Source of the DNA: Felis catus
Lineage: Eukaryota
Length of the DNA stretch: 64,000 bases
Direction of reading: 5' to 3'
Assembly (NCBI RefSeq): GCF_018350175.1
Contig: NC_058368.1
Coordinates: 24,926,001 to 24,990,000, forward strand
Under the pieces are notes generated by a model, which was given only the letters and a program-made list of their open reading frames with translations, did not search any database and was not told where the DNA came from. Of the stretch, positions 1-13,089 are shown in pieces (within the stretch, counting starts at the first letter, position 1; the number at the start of each line of letters is the position of its first letter). The position numbers and the translations under genes were made by a program.

Positions 1-394
1 AGTAGAAACTATGTAGTCATATCTGGGCGTAAGACAAAGTTAGTTTAAACTCTGATTGATATATAGATTATTGAAAAAGGAATGGAATTACATCTAAGTT
101 AGAATTCTTTTTGTTTCTTGAAGAAGAAAATTTTAGAAAACATACGGTGCTATTTTCTGCCTCCAATAAATAAGAGGACCATTTGTCCCCTATCCAAGGC
201 ATTCGCCACCATTGGGCAGTCTAGTGCCCTGAGTTCAGACTTGTCAAGGAATTAATATTCTTCCTGAAAGTTAAAGATGCAAATCCAAACATGCGAAATG
301 ATGTTTTAAAAAATATATAATGCATAAAGGAAACAGACTAAGTTTAGAAGGACTTAAGAGAGATATTATTAAACATGCTTGGTTTAATTTGTAG

Positions 395-505
395 GTAACT
401 CAATTCTATGGGAAAGAAACCCTGTACACCAGTCTTCTGACACAAATGGATTTCTATGTGATGCCGGTAGTTAATGTGGATGGTTATGACTTCACATGGA
501 AAAAG
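395..505 (+). CDS. CPB2: CPB2 coding exon (exon 7 by human numbering), 111 nt, phase 0-0
   Basis: tttgtag|GTA...AAG|gtagg; translates VTQFYGKETLYTSLLTQMDFYVMPVVNVDGYDFTWKK with the M14 carboxypeptidase PVVNVDGY motif. Confidence 0.95.
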
Positions 506-619
506 GTAGGTAAAGGCAAAGAAAACAAAACATGCCCTAGTTGGGGATAAAGGATGCACCGATCGAATTATTCATAGAATCCTGGATCTTGGCACAATGG
601 TTTTATTTAAGATATAAAT

Positions 620-1040
620 ATCTTTAAATTCTTATTATGGGCCACTTCAAACATATGAGTGGGAATAATTGTATAGTAAATTCCTCTGTACCTACCACAC
701 AACTTCGTCAATAATCAGCTCATGGCCAATATTTTCTTGTCTATATCCCCAACCCAATTCTACCTTATTCATATTATTTTGAAACAAATCTCAGATACCA
801 TATCATTTCAGCAAAAATATTTCAGGATGCATCTCTAAAATAGGTCTTAAAACAAGCACAGTACAATTGTACCTAAAAATTAACAATACTGAATATCAGA
901 AAATGTCCAATCAAATTTAAATTTGCAATTGTTTCATAACTTTTTTAGAAAAATTTTCTTTGATTCAGGATCCAGTTAAGGCCAATATATTGTGATTGGT
1001 TTAGGTATATTTTAATTCTGTTTTATTCCATAGATTCTCC

Positions 1041-1088
<48 letters not shown>

Positions 1089-1340
1089 TTTCTTTGCAAT
1101 TTATTCATTGAAGACAAGGTTTCACATTGTCTGGATTTGCTAATTGCATGGCCATGTTGCAATTTAACACTCCTCTGTCCTCTGCATTTTCTAAAATTTG
1201 AAATTTGGATAGTAGGGGATAAACCAGATTCAGCTTTGACTTTTTTGGCAGGACTGTTTCATAGTGATTCTGTGTTCTGCATAATGTCTGGTTGTATCTC
1301 CTTTTGTGACATTAGCTACAACAATGCACACCGCCTAGAT
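620..1340 (-). mobile_element. Old L1 3' UTR fragment (L1MC-like) containing (TC)n at about 1046-1083
   Basis: Resembles the recalled L1MC 3' consensus (tattttgaaacaaatctcagata...atttcag...catctctaaaa). Confidence 0.55.
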
Positions 1341-2404
1341 CTAGGAATCATTTGAATAGCATTTCGATTCATAAAATCATAAATTGCAAGATTGAGAGAA
1401 ACATTTTAACTGCACTTACATTCTGACAGAATCACATTCTAACTGGTACGTGAATTTAAAACCTTAGGACCCTTTAATTTAATCGTGAACATCTAATATG
1501 CGTGAGTTTCCTAGTCAATCTCATCTATACTGGAAACCATTATCAATGGTATTTCTAGCCCATCAACATCATGATTCAGGAAAATTACTCAAGCAATGGA
1601 AGTGCAGTCCTTTCTAATTTAATGAGGAGCGCATCAAAGCATATTTGAGCATATATAAGCTCAGAAAAGCCTCCTGAGACGCACATGTAAACACTAAGGG
1701 GAATGAGAATAATCAGAGTGATTGGAAACATACAGGGTTGGACAAAAATTGTTTCGTGGAAGAGGAAGAGGTAATTTTTGCAGAAGAAATGGCTGGAAAT
1801 GGTGAAGGAGATTGATTGCAAAAGTTATCGCAAGTGAAAGGAACACTGAATAAAAGCTTGTAGGGAGGACTGGGCAAATCCTGAGCTAAGTAAATGAGAA
1901 ATCCCTAGAACAGTACCTAACAAATTTGTGTCCAATAAACGATCACAGTCATAGATTGATGTTATGATAGACTTGTTCCTTTACTTGAATCACAGTAAAA
2001 TTAGGCCTTCCTTAGCTATTCCTACCCTCCCACTGTCTCTGTGTCTTAAAACTGTCATTTAGTCCCTGCAGTGTGAGAACCTAATTTCTCCAGGGTAATT
2101 CTTGCTACTAAACCATAAGCCCCCCGCTGGAAGCGGACCGGGAAACTGGGCAGAGGGTTAATGACAGCAGGGTAAATTTGCCACGTCATCTCAACTGCAG
2201 GTTTAAACAAAGTCTGTGCAACTGTGTACATGATCAGATTTCTCAGTTTGTCCCCAAGAACCCAATGGGGCAATTCGCTTTGAGTTCACACACCAGGATC
2301 GAATCAGTACAATCAAAGGAACCATTGGGCTAGAAGTGTCTTCACATCTCCACCTCCTGACACTTTTAAATAGAGAGTTTAATTCAATCTAAAGAGAGCA
2401 TTGA

Positions 2405-2568
2405 GGGGTGCCTGGGTAGCTCAGTCAGTTGGGCATCCTACTCTTGATGTGGGCTCAGGTCATGATCTTATGGTTTGTGCGATTGAGCCCCACATCGGGC
2501 TCCTCACTGACAGTGCAGAGCCTGCTTGGGATTCTCTGTCTCCCTCTCTCTCTGCCCCTGCTCGCTCG

Positions 2569-2618
<50 letters not shown>

Positions 2619-2694
2619 CTCTCTCTCAACATAAATAAACTTTATTTTAAAAAGAAATATAAATATAAAAATTAAGTATAAATATGAAAAAAAT
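2405..2694 (+). mobile_element. CAN-SINE (older) with (CT)n(CA)n
   Basis: ggggtgcctgggtagctcagtc head; TSD AAAGAGAGCATTGA at 2391 and 2695. Confidence 0.9.
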
Positions 2695-3091
2695 AAAGAG
2701 AGCATTGAGACTCATGAGTCATCATTTTCATTCTCATTGAAACACAAAGTTATTTTCCTTTTCTCAGAAGAAATTAAAATGGAAGCAAACAAGATTTAAA
2801 GAGAACCAATAACCAGCCTTGCAAAGCCAAATGAAGTTTCTGTTGGTATGGGTCAAAACTGATTAAATATCCCCATTTCATCTGGTTCACCCTGAAATAG
2901 CTTTGAGAGAACATGGTCGAGACCTGGATAGAGAGAGGGGTGTGCACAGGAACGCTGTGAGGACAGTGGCAGAGCAGAGTGATGGGTTTGCAGGACAGAC
3001 ACACAACTCTGGTCACTTAGGCTTTAGAAGTTGTGTCTTTGCTTGAACTGCAAACATGGCCATCCTGGTTATCAGTATTTTGTTTGTTTAG

Positions 3092-3185
3092 AATCGAATG
3101 TGGAGAAAGAACCGGTCTTTTCATGAAAATAATCGTTGCATCGGAACAGACCTGAACAGGAACTTTGCTTCCAAACACTGGTGTG
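3092..3185 (+). CDS. CPB2: CPB2 coding exon 8, 94 nt, phase 0-1
   Basis: tttag|AAT...TGT G|gtagg; NRMWRKNRSFHENNRCIGTDLNRNFASKHWC contains the WRKNR and DLNRNF substrate-binding motifs. Confidence 0.96.
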
Positions 3186-3400
3186 GTAGGTCGTTTGCTT
3201 TATTTCTAGCAATGTTCATTCATTTGAAAGGGGACATTCACAGAGAAAGGCCTATTAATTCAGAGTAATTACAGGGGAGGCCTATCTAAATCAGGAAATA
3301 ATTCAAATAGGCTTTTTAGTTAAGTGCAGTGCTGTAAATATGCACAATTCACCTTAACCCCTCCGCCCTTCCATTTCGTCTTTAAAAAAAGGAATTTGGT

Positions 3401-3618
3401 GGGCATCTGGGTAGGTCAGTCGGTTGACTTTGGCTCAGGTCATGATCTCACGGTTCATGAGTTCAAGCCCCGCACTGGGCTCTGTGGTGACAGCTCAGAG
3501 CCTGGAGCCTGCTTCAGATTCTGTGTCTCCCTTTCTCTGTCCCCCCCACTTGTGCTCACTCACTCGCACTCTCGCTCTCTCCCCAAAATAAAAAAAAAAA
3601 TAAACATTAAAAGAAAAA
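3401..3618 (+). mobile_element. CAN-SINE with internal deletion
   Basis: tRNA-like head, (CT) tract, A tail. Confidence 0.85.
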
Positions 3619-3965
3619 GGAACTTAGGCTGGTTCCTTAAGGTCCCTTTTAGCTTCAAAATGCTAATATTCTACTTTTCTAGAATAATAATGAAGCGACT
3701 GTTAAAAATCCTACTTTAAAGAAAAAATAACATTCATCATTAGAGTATCAAAGACCAGGGTAGGGTGAGTAGCTCTCCTTTTTAATTGCATAGGAAAGGG
3801 CTTACTTCCACAGCATTCAAAAACATTTTCTTTTGTTTTCACTATTTAATATTTTTATGAATACCATGAATTTATGTCTGGCATAGCAAGAGCCTATCAT
3901 TTATTGATTTGAATGAGTCAAAGTACTCAGTGGATATTGATTTAGGCATTCAGGAACATTATCTG

Positions 3966-4210
3966 GGGGCACCTAGGTGGCTCAGTCAGTTCAGCATCTG
4001 ACTCTTGATTTCTGCTCAGGTCATGATCCCAAGGGTGTGGGATAGAGCCCTGTGTCAGACGTGGAGCCTGCTTGGGACTGTCTCTGTCTCTCTCTCCCCC
4101 ACCCCAGCTCTCTCCCCCCTGCTCCCGTTCAATCTCTGTCTTTCTCTCAAAAAAAAAAAAAACAAACACACACACAAGAAAACAAAAAACAAAACAAAAC
4201 AAGACAAAAC
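3966..4210 (+). mobile_element. CAN-SINE (older subfamily)
   Basis: ggggcacctaggtggctcagtc head, A-rich tail, degenerate TSD GAACATT(A/G)TCT. Confidence 0.85.
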
Positions 4211-4295
4211 AGAACATTGTCTGTTCTCAGGGAGGTAGGTGTTGGTTCACACCCCCATTGTATTTCATAGTTACTACATTTAAGAAACAGCTACA

Positions 4296-4514
4296 GGGGC
4301 GCCTGGGTGGCTCAGTCGGTTAAGCATCTGACTTCGGCTCAGGTCACGATCTCGCGGTCCGTGAGTTCGAGCCCCGCGTCGGGCTCTGTGCTGACTGCTC
4401 AGAGCCTGGAGCTTGTTTAGGATTCTGTGTCTCCCTCTCTCTCTGACCCTCCCCCGTTCATGCTCTGTCTCTCTCTGTCTCAAAAATAAATAAACGTTAA
4501 AAAAATTAAAAAAA
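4296..4514 (+). mobile_element. SINEC_Fc (young)
   Basis: Full length with CpGs intact; TSD AAACAGCTACA. Confidence 0.93.
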
Positions 4515-4940
4515 AAACAGCTACAGAACTAAACCTGATGATAACCTTGAGTCTAATCACCCCTTTGCCCTACACAGTGCTGTGTACGTGAGTGTACATA
4601 TTTCTTTTCAAAACAGAAGAGAAAATGTGTGATTTTGAACGTTTCATCATTGTCTCAGAGTGCATGTGAAAACCTCACCGCAGAGTACCCCCCCTTATTT
4701 CCGTATTTCCTTCCTTCCCTAGGCTAGAGACTCAGTGAGGGAAGGGACCACCCAGTGCAGTGCCTGGCACATGCGGGAGTCGCAGAAATTAATTAAATGA
4801 ATATAGGAATGATTTAGTTGTTGTAAGAGAGTTACAGATGTAGTAAGCAAGCAGAGGAAGGAGCAGTTAATCTCCCCTCGGACTCACTCCTTTTGTGATT
4901 AAGGGAGCCACTCAGTGGTTTCTCTGTGAGAGCCATTCTT

Positions 4941-5159
4941 TTTTTTTTTTTTTTTCAACGTTTATTTATTTTTGGGACAGAGAGAGACTGAGCATGAACG
5001 GGAGAGGGGCAGAGACAGAGGGAGACACAGAATCGGAAACAGGCTCCGGGCTCTGAGCCATCAGCCCAGAGCCCGACGCGGGGCTCGAACTCACGGACCG
5101 CGAGATCGTGACCCGGGCTGAAGTCCGACGCTTAACCGACTGCGCCACCCAGGCGCCCC
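4941..5159 (-). mobile_element. SINEC_Fc (young)
   Basis: Full length; TSD CTGTGAGAGCC(A/G)TTCTT. Confidence 0.93.
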
Positions 5160-5770
5160 TGTGAGAGCCGTTCTTAAGATTGTCCCATAAAAGTACCCAC
5201 TGGGGCCCAAAGACTCTGCCACAGCAGTGATAACTGGGCAGGGGGTCAGAGAAGCAGCAGCGAATATACAATAGATCTGAATAGAGCTGTTAGTTACTAA
5301 GTGCAGCGCCGTTTACATATGTCTCCCCCTAGGTTTCATTATCTGTGTATCCTGGATGGAGAATCCCAGACTCGGGAGGTTGAATCCCTTGCTCAAGATC
5401 ACAGACCTAGGAAGTGACAGACCTGGGTTATGAAGCCAGGCTGACTGATTCCAAAGTTATCACGATTCTTCTATGTCTGAGAATCACTCTTCTGTTATAG
5501 GTTGCCTTCTGGAACTTCTTCTTTTATCTGGAAGTTCTTTTGGTGCTCTGTTTCACTTAATACTTTTTTACGGCGAAGCCATAAAAAATTTGAATAGCCA
5601 AGACGTTAAATACATTGTTCCTGCCATCAAGAAGTACCAGAGGCCGCTCTGAGGCATGGCGCTTTATTACTACCCATCACAAGAGTTAGAAACAGAAACA
5701 GCAAGCAAATAAAACAAAAAGTAATTATAAGGACTCTTTTTTTTTCCTCTGGTGCTCTAGTATCTCTTTT

Positions 5771-5990
5771 AAAAAAAATTTTTTTATGTTTATTTATTTT
5801 TGAGAGAGAGTGAGTGCGTATGTGCCAATGGGGGAGGGGCAGAGAGAGAGAGAGACACAGAATCTGAAACAGGCTCCAGGCTCTGAGCTGTCAGCACAGA
5901 GCCCAACGCAGGGCTCGAACCCACAAGCTGCGAGATCATGACCTGAGCTGAAGTCGGACGCTCAACTGACTGAGCCGCCCAGGTGGCCCC
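5771..5990 (-). mobile_element. SINEC_Fc
   Basis: Reverse-complement SINE body and tail. Confidence 0.88.
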
Positions 5991-6200
5991 TACCACCCCA
6001 GTATCTCTATAGTAGTGTGTAAGCAAGCCAGTGAGAAAGAACTAAATCTTCTCACTTCCTTGTCCCTGCAACTAGAACACGCCTTTATGATACTTTTTTT
6101 TTTAAGAATCTCAAAGAGCACCTTACTCTTTAATGAGAAATGACATATCAAGCCTGTTTATTTGTTTCATGTTCACTTCCCCCTTCCTCTGTATTAAAAT

Positions 6201-6205
<5 letters not shown>

Positions 6206-6235
<30 letters not shown>
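6206..6235. repeat. (TG)n microsatellite
   Basis: Directly visible. Confidence 0.95.
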
Positions 6236-6241
<6 letters not shown>

Positions 6242-6264
6242 TGGAGGTGGGAATGGAGGTGAGT

Positions 6265-6645
6265 TGTCTTAGACCGATCAGGCTGCCACTAACAAAATAC
6301 CGCAGGCTGATGGCTCCAACAAGATAAGTTTATTTCTTGCAGATCTGAAGGCTGGAAGTCCAAGATCAAGGTGTCAGCAGGGTGGGTTTGCCCTGAGGTC
6401 TCTCTCCTTGGCTTGCAGATGGCCACCTTCTCACTGTGTCCTCACTTGACATTTTCTCTTTGTGCACATCTCTGGTGTCTCTCTCTTTCCTTAAAAGGAC
6501 ACCAGCCACATTCGATCAGGGCCCCACCTTCATGACTTCCTTCAACTTTAATTACCTTCTTAAAGGCCCTCTTTCCAAACATAGTACATTGTGGGTTAGG
6601 GCTTGCATACGTGAATTTTGGGGAGACAGAATTCAGTCCATAACA
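6265..6645. mobile_element. MaLR solo LTR (MLT1A/MST-like)
   Basis: TG...CA termini; typical ctaacaaaataccgcaggctg...ggaagtccaagatcaagg...attcagtccataaca. Confidence 0.8.
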
Positions 6646-6799
6646 GGTAGCATTTTGTGAGGACCTCTGGTCTCAAACTTCCTAAGAGAGATCCTCTCAT
6701 TTTCTAAGATGTTAAGTTAAACTGCAAAGTTTTGGTAGCTATTGTACAGTGGAAAATCCTTTCTTTCTTTCCCACGAGACCGCAGTGTTTTTTTACTCG

Positions 6800-7065
6800 C
6801 TTTTATGGCGCTAAAATACATATAACGTGAAATTTGTCATTTTCACCATTCAGCACATTGAAGCATTAAGTATATCCAGTCGGTGAAACCATCACCAGTA
6901 TCCATTTCCAAAAGTTTTCTTCAGCCCAAACAGAAGCTCTGTGACCATTCAGCAATGTCTTTTTGTTTCCTACTCACTGCAGTCCCTGTAATGTCTGCTC
7001 TACTCTCTGTTTTACGAACTTGCCTGTACTAGATATCTTTTTATTCCAGGGTTCATAGATGAGAT
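6800..7065 (-). mobile_element. L1 3' end fragment (L1MB-like)
   Basis: aaatacatataac...catcacc...tatccatttccaaaa...ctactctctgtt pattern. Confidence 0.6.
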
Positions 7066-7267
7066 AATACTTAAGCTCGAAGGGATCTGGGAGACCAAGC
7101 GCTACAGATGAAGCACCTTCACCTGAGCCAGATGCGATAGCTTGCCCAGATCGACATGTCTGTTTAGGAGCAAAGCAGTCCCGGACTCCAGGGTCCTGAC
7201 TCCCCATGAATCTTTCTACCGAAATACTTGAAACCTCTAGAATGACAGTCACAGAATGAGAGTCTGA

Positions 7268-7572
7268 GGCTGCTCTGTCCACTGCAGTAGTCACTAGCTG
7301 CATGTGGCCCTTGAACACTTGAAATGTGGCTTGTCTGAATTGAGATGTGCAGTGAGTATAAAATACACACCAGATTTCAAAGACTTGGTGTGAAAAAAGG
7401 AGCCTAAAGTATGCTGTGAACAATTTTTGTATTGACTGTGTTTGAAAGGATTGTACTTGGTACCTATTGGGTGAAATCAGTTGTATTATTAAAATAGGTT
7501 GTTGCTTTTGAAACACACAGTCACTTGAAAACCTAAATACGTAACTTGCCGTATGTTTCCACGGAACGGCTC
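7268..7572. mobile_element. hAT-Charlie MITE (MER33-like)
   Basis: cacttgaaatgtggc...aattgagatgtgc...aaaatacacaccagatttcaaagact; a related copy lies at about 34030. Confidence 0.75.
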
Positions 7573-7754
7573 TGGTTTGAGGATTCATGTTAGGGGACCA
7601 CCTGTTCCTTCATCTCTTTGATGTCCCCCTACTCCTAACGTAGAATCTCTACTCTCTAAAACTATATATCAGGGGGAAAAGGGCAGGAGTAATCAAAGGA
7701 TATGAAACTATCAGAATGGTTGGTCTGATCACATTATTGGTTAAAAATACAAAT

Positions 7755-7877
7755 GGGGGAACCTGGGTGGCTCAGTCGGTTGAGTGTCTGACTCTTGATT
7801 TCAGCTCAGGTCATGATCCCAGGGTTGTGGGACTGACTCCTGTATTGACTCCATGCTGACAGTGGAGACTGCTTAGA

Positions 7878-7930
<53 letters not shown>

Positions 7931-7956
7931 AAACAAAAAACAACAACAACAAAAAA
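7755..7956 (+). mobile_element. CAN-SINE (older) with long (CT)n
   Basis: TSD AATACAAATG. Confidence 0.87.
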
Positions 7957-8324
7957 CCCACTAATACAAATGAAATACTTGGAAAGGCCTTGGATGTTTA
8001 GCACATATTTTCTTGTGCCGAAAAGAATGTTTCACAAACATTAAGGTTGTCTCTGTTGCAAATAAAAGGCAGAAATCAGAGCAAACTTGAGGCAGGCAGG
8101 ACCTGTAAGGATAATGGAGTAGACCATGGAACCCCAGGACAAGGGCAACAAGCTTCAGAAACAGCTGAGCTCTGTGAGCTCTGTGAGCTCTGTGAGTCCT
8201 TTCTCTCTCCATTCATCCCTGCAAAGCACAATGGGTTTTTGTTTTATTCTAATCCACATGATGATGATGGTGATGATGGTGACCACGACGACAACGCGAG
8301 ACAAAGACCATGAGGAGGAAAAGC

Positions 8325-8520
8325 AATGATTACTGAATCTTAGTATTTACAAGGCACCATGCAAAGCACCTCATATACATTGTACTGAATCCTCATGAAA
8401 TCCACGTTAAATGTATAACTTTGCCATTTAGCAGATAGGAAAAATCAAGGTTCAGACAGGTTTAAAACATTTCACCGAAGGCCATATAGCTATTAAATGG
8501 CAACACCAAGCTTAGGATCA
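8325..8520. mobile_element. MIR fragment
   Basis: MIR core-like ccattt(a)gcagatagga aaaatcaaggttcagacaggtt. Confidence 0.55.
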
Positions 8521-9106
8521 AGCGGCTGGGTGATTAACAATATGCCACTTAGCCTCTTATCGTAAAAGGTCCTTTCTGCCAAGAATGTTCACTTTGCATC
8601 TCCTGAAACAGCAGTATTTCATTCATAGGGTTGCCAAGAGGAGTGAATGAGATACTGTGTGTAAATCTTAGAGTTCAGGTCAGCTGGTGTTTTCTTTGTT
8701 CTAGAGTGCAGCTGGACTGACGCTAGGATCTTCCTCTCGATACCAAGTTATCAGCGGAGGGATTCAGAGTGACAGAACACAAGTTAGGGACCTAGTTCAA
8801 GATTAGTCAACTGTTTCCAGGCGGGAATAATGTTTGGGGTCAGAGGTGGCTCCCTGAGGCTCCACCCCTGTGAATTAAAGAAGAACGGTGAAGGGGTAGG
8901 AGGCAGGCTACCATCCAAAGTGATGTATACTATAATTTCTCAAAAGGATGAATAAACATTACTCCGGCCCCGAACATTCCATCTTCTTTTATTTGCCAAA
9001 CCTCCTTAGCAAGTAGTACGGAAGGCAGACCTGTATAGTCTGAGTTCCCAAATGAGACTCCTTTTATGGGCCACATTGATTAGTAATTTTTAAACTACAA
9101 ATATCA

Positions 9107-9320
9107 GGGGAGCCTGGGTGGCGCAGTCGGTTAAACGTCCGACTTCGGCCAGGTCACGATCTCGCGGTCCGTGAGTTCGAGCCCCGCGTCAGGCTCTGGG
9201 CTGATGGCTCGGAGCCTGGAGCCTGTTTCTGATTCTGTGTCTCCCTCTCTCTCTGCCCCTCCCCCGTTCATGCTCTGTCTCTCTCTGTCCCAAAAATAAA
9301 TAAACGTTGAAAAAAAAATT
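9107..9320 (+). mobile_element. SINEC_Fc (youngest type)
   Basis: Perfect TSD TAAACTACAAATATCAG at 9091 and 9321. Confidence 0.95.
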
Positions 9321-9685
9321 TAAACTACAAATATCAGAAAAACCAAGCTCACACTGGATTAAAGAAAATGGGGTTTCTAAAAAAATGGGGTTTCTTTATC
9401 TCACAGAACCACAGGTTTGGAGGCAGGGCTGACATCTCTGAGACGTCCTTAGCCACTTTCACAAAGGGTGCAAGATGGCTGTCCCCAGGCAGCGATTGTT
9501 GGAGTGTTTGTTCTGAGGGCATAGAAACATCTGCTTCAATAGAAACATAAATATGTTCTTTACAGAGCTCTGTCTAATCCATTTCTCTAAAAATTTTACA
9601 CCATGGATATTAGGAGGATGCATTGTCAGGGAAATCACAAATTATACTGGCGTTTGCTAATCCCACTCTATCCATTTCACTTCAG

Positions 9686-9888
9686 AGGAAGGTGCATCAA
9701 GTTTCTCTTGCTCGGAAACCTACTGTGGCCCTTACCCTGAGTCAGAGCCAGAAGTGAAGGCAATGGCCAATTTCTTGAGAAAAAACATCAACCACATTAA
9801 GGCTTACATCAGTATGCATTCATACTCCCAGAAGATAGTGTTTCCATATTCCTATAATAGAAGCAAAACCAAAGACCACGAGGAGCTG
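9686..9888 (+). CDS. CPB2: CPB2 coding exon 9, 203 nt, phase 1-0
   Basis: ttcag|AG...CTG|gtaagt; [68 protein letters not shown] includes the zinc-ligand HSYSQ motif. Confidence 0.96.
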
Positions 9889-10719
9889 GTAAGTGCTACT
9901 CAATTATCTTTTTTTTTTTTCATTGGCATTTCAGAAATAAAATAATACCAAGTTCAAGAATCAAAAACTGTGGGAAAAATTTTCTCCTCTGGAGGACAGA
10001 TGGAAAGATGCTTTCTGTTTTGATCTCGTTCTGCTGAGAGTCACCCTGGGTCAGGGTTCACTGAGGGAATATAAAGAATGGGTCCTATTCTGTGGACAAG
10101 AACTTCAGTCCAGCAAATGGGTATCTAAGAAAATAACTGACATACTGCTTGAAGGTCAGGGGGAACCATTCCCCGTGGAACTGATCTACATATAAAGCCC
10201 TAACAGCAAGGACGAGAGTCTCTGGAATTGTGGGTCTGCTTTGTGGTACCTCGCTTTCAACAACAGATAGATCAAGTCCTGGTACCACACTCATTAATTT
10301 GATATCAACGTCGGGAATTGTGTGCACACTGCCCTCTCTAACCCCCAGGGGTTTGGTCCTAGTAAAAGCACCTCCAATTTCAACACTGAAGCGAGAACCC
10401 CCCCCCCACCCCCCCACCTTTTTTTGGAATGTAGTGAATGATACAGAAGTTCAGAGACGACTCATTTTGTCTGCTAACCCCTCACTCCTTTTTGGTCCCA
10501 CATGTCCTATGTTTGGGTTGATGGCAAAGGATGCAAGGGTTCTTGATGGATTGTAGCTGGGATTGGCCGAATTCTCACCGCAGATGCCTTCCAGGCAATG
10601 GAAGGGTTATGGCAACAGTCTGATTCTTGCCCAAGTTCTGGTCTTTATGTCGTGTTCTGTTTCTTACTCATTTTATTCTGGTTCTCCTTCCTCTTTCTCT
10701 TTTTATGTTTTTAAATTTG

Positions 10720-11196
10720 TACGTTTTTGTTATTGAAATATAGTTGACATACAATGTTATGTTAGTTTCAGTTGTACAACATAGTAATTCCATAGTCTAT
10801 GCATTATGCTCACTGCAGTAAGTGTCGTTACGATTTGTCACTCTATAACATTATCACAATATTATTGACTATATTCCCTATGCAGTATTTTTTAACCCAT
10901 GACTTATTTATTTTATAACTGGAAGTTTGTACCTGTTAATTTCCTTCACCTATTTCATCCATCCTCCCAACCCCCTCCCCTCTGGCAACCACCAGTTTCT
11001 TCTCTGTATTTGTGACTCTGTTTCCATATTTTTGTTTGTTCATTTGCTTTGTTTTTTAGATTTCACATGTAAGTAAAATCATATGGTATTTGTCTTTCTC
11101 TAACTTATTTCACTCAGCATAATTCCCTCTAGATCCATTCATGTTGTTGAAAATGGCAAGATCTCATTCCATTTTATAGCTGGGTAATATTTCATT

Positions 11197-11234
<38 letters not shown>

Positions 11235-11700
11235 CTTTATGCATTCATCTATCAACGGATACTTAGGTTACTTCCATAACTTGGCCATTGTAAATAATGC
11301 TGCAATAAACATAGGGTCATGTATCTTTTCAAGCAAGTGTTTTCATTTTCTTTGGGTAAATACCCAGTAGTAGAATTACTGGATCATATGATATTTCTAT
11401 TTTTAATTTTTGAGGAACCTCCATATTGTTTTCCACAGTGTTCACCCCGATTTACATTCCTATCAAACAGTGCGCGAGAATTCCTTTTGTCCACCTCCAT
11501 GCCAACACTTGTTATTTCTTGTATTTTTTATAATAGCCATTCTGACAGGTGTAAGGTGATATTTCATGGTAGTTTTGATTTGCATTTCCCTGATATATGG
11601 TGATGTTGAGCATCTTTTCATGTATCTGTTCACCATTTGTATGCCCTCTTTGGAAAAATATCCATTTAGGTTCTCTGCCTATTATTTAATTAGATTATTT
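10720..11700 (-). mobile_element. L1 3' portion (carnivore/L1MA-type) with internal (CA)n at about 11198-11232
   Basis: Reverse ORF2 3' end and 3' UTR motifs (atcatatggtatttgtctttc, gaggaacctccatattgttttcca). Confidence 0.88.
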
Positions 11701-13089
11701 GTGGGGTGTTTTTTTGTTTGTTTTTTGTTTTTGGGGTTTTTGTTTGTTTATTTGGTTGGTTTTGGTGTTGGTTTTATGTCCTGGTTCTCTTACAAGAATA
11801 AACTATAGCCACATTAAGGGCTAGCAGTGGCTGATGACAAATATAATGTTATTTGCACTTCCTGAAAATAGCGCATTTAGAACATAAACGTGCTTGATGC
11901 TTGCAATTCTTCCTTCTTCTCAAAGGAAAACTTTTAAGGAAAGCTCCTTTATTGGTGTCATCCTTGAAGAAACGAAAGGATATTTATCATGATTTGGAAA
12001 TAGAACTAGTCTGATTTTCCCTGATTTTTGGATTACTGTTGTCACACGTATTTTGTTGAGTTATTTGGTGCAAAATATTGTGTTTGGCGGACACTGATGA
12101 GAGAAGCATTCGGTAGGACCCTGCCCTTTAAGAGAACATGATATGGTTAGGGAGCTCAGCCATGAGCAAATGTTACAAGTAGCTATGTTCGAGGTGCAGT
12201 GACTACTGAATAAGTTGGCCCAGATGGCTGATCCTCAGTTCTGACGGGGCTAGCATGGGGGTGGCCTCGTTAACTGATTCAGAAGGAAATGCTAGATACG
12301 CTTGGGGATAAAGTCCCTGTCCCTGAGGAATTTCTCATCTCTTAAAGGGCGACATACTATAAAGAAAACATCATAATAAAGGGCGATGGCCATCGAAGAA
12401 CAGATACACTTTCAGCCAGAAATGGAAAGACAGGAATTCTATAGGCAGACCGGGAAGGGAGGACGTTCAAAGCGGAGGCGATGCGTCCCCGCAGAAAGTG
12501 TGTTCAGGGGACCCTGTGGGTGTGAGAGTAAAGACTGACGCCATCAGAAAGTAGATGTGGTCCGCTTGTTGGCATGTCAGAATAAATTTGTGTTCTGTTC
12601 TGTAGACACTGGAGGTCCATTACAATTTTTTTGAACAAAGGAGGGGTACAACATAATATGCGCTGATACTCCTCTGGGTTATTCAAGAGAGTGACAGCGG
12701 ATGCTAGTCTGAACTTCGCAAAAGGTCTGGATAAGCTAGAAACAAATGTAGTGGAACAACAGACTTACTTATTAGCCTGCTCCACACTAGGCACGTGATC
12801 CTTTTTATGTGATGAGTCTTTAGTAGTTATTAGGCATTTTACCCAAGAAGAGAATGGAGTTTGCGAGAAGGAAACGAAGTAAGCATTAGGTATATGTAGT
12901 ATTTACACAGGTTGCATTTAAAGTTTGGTGATGATTTTGTGTAGGAATAGGGTAACCCCAGGCGGTTTGCCTTTGGAATACAGTTATACCTCATTGTATA
13001 TAAGAAATGAACTCCTAAAAAATGCATGTGAGAATTATTTTTTCTTCAAGTTAAATCAAATTTTCAATGTACTAGAAGAGTCTATGTTT

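Noticed and set aside
4296..4380. tRNA-like A/B-box sequences at SINE heads
   Set aside because: CAN-SINEs are tRNA-derived; each head continues into a (CT)n tract and A tail with TSDs, so these are not tRNA genes.
6974..7588. Longest track ORF (204 aa, minus strand)
   Set aside because: Spans a MER33-like MITE and an L1 fragment, with no recognisable domain or splice context; a chance ORF.
8255..8325. Acidic Asp-rich ORF segment (HDDDGDDGDHDDN)
   Set aside because: Decayed (GAT)n simple repeat next to a MIR fragment, with no exon boundaries that fit CPB2.
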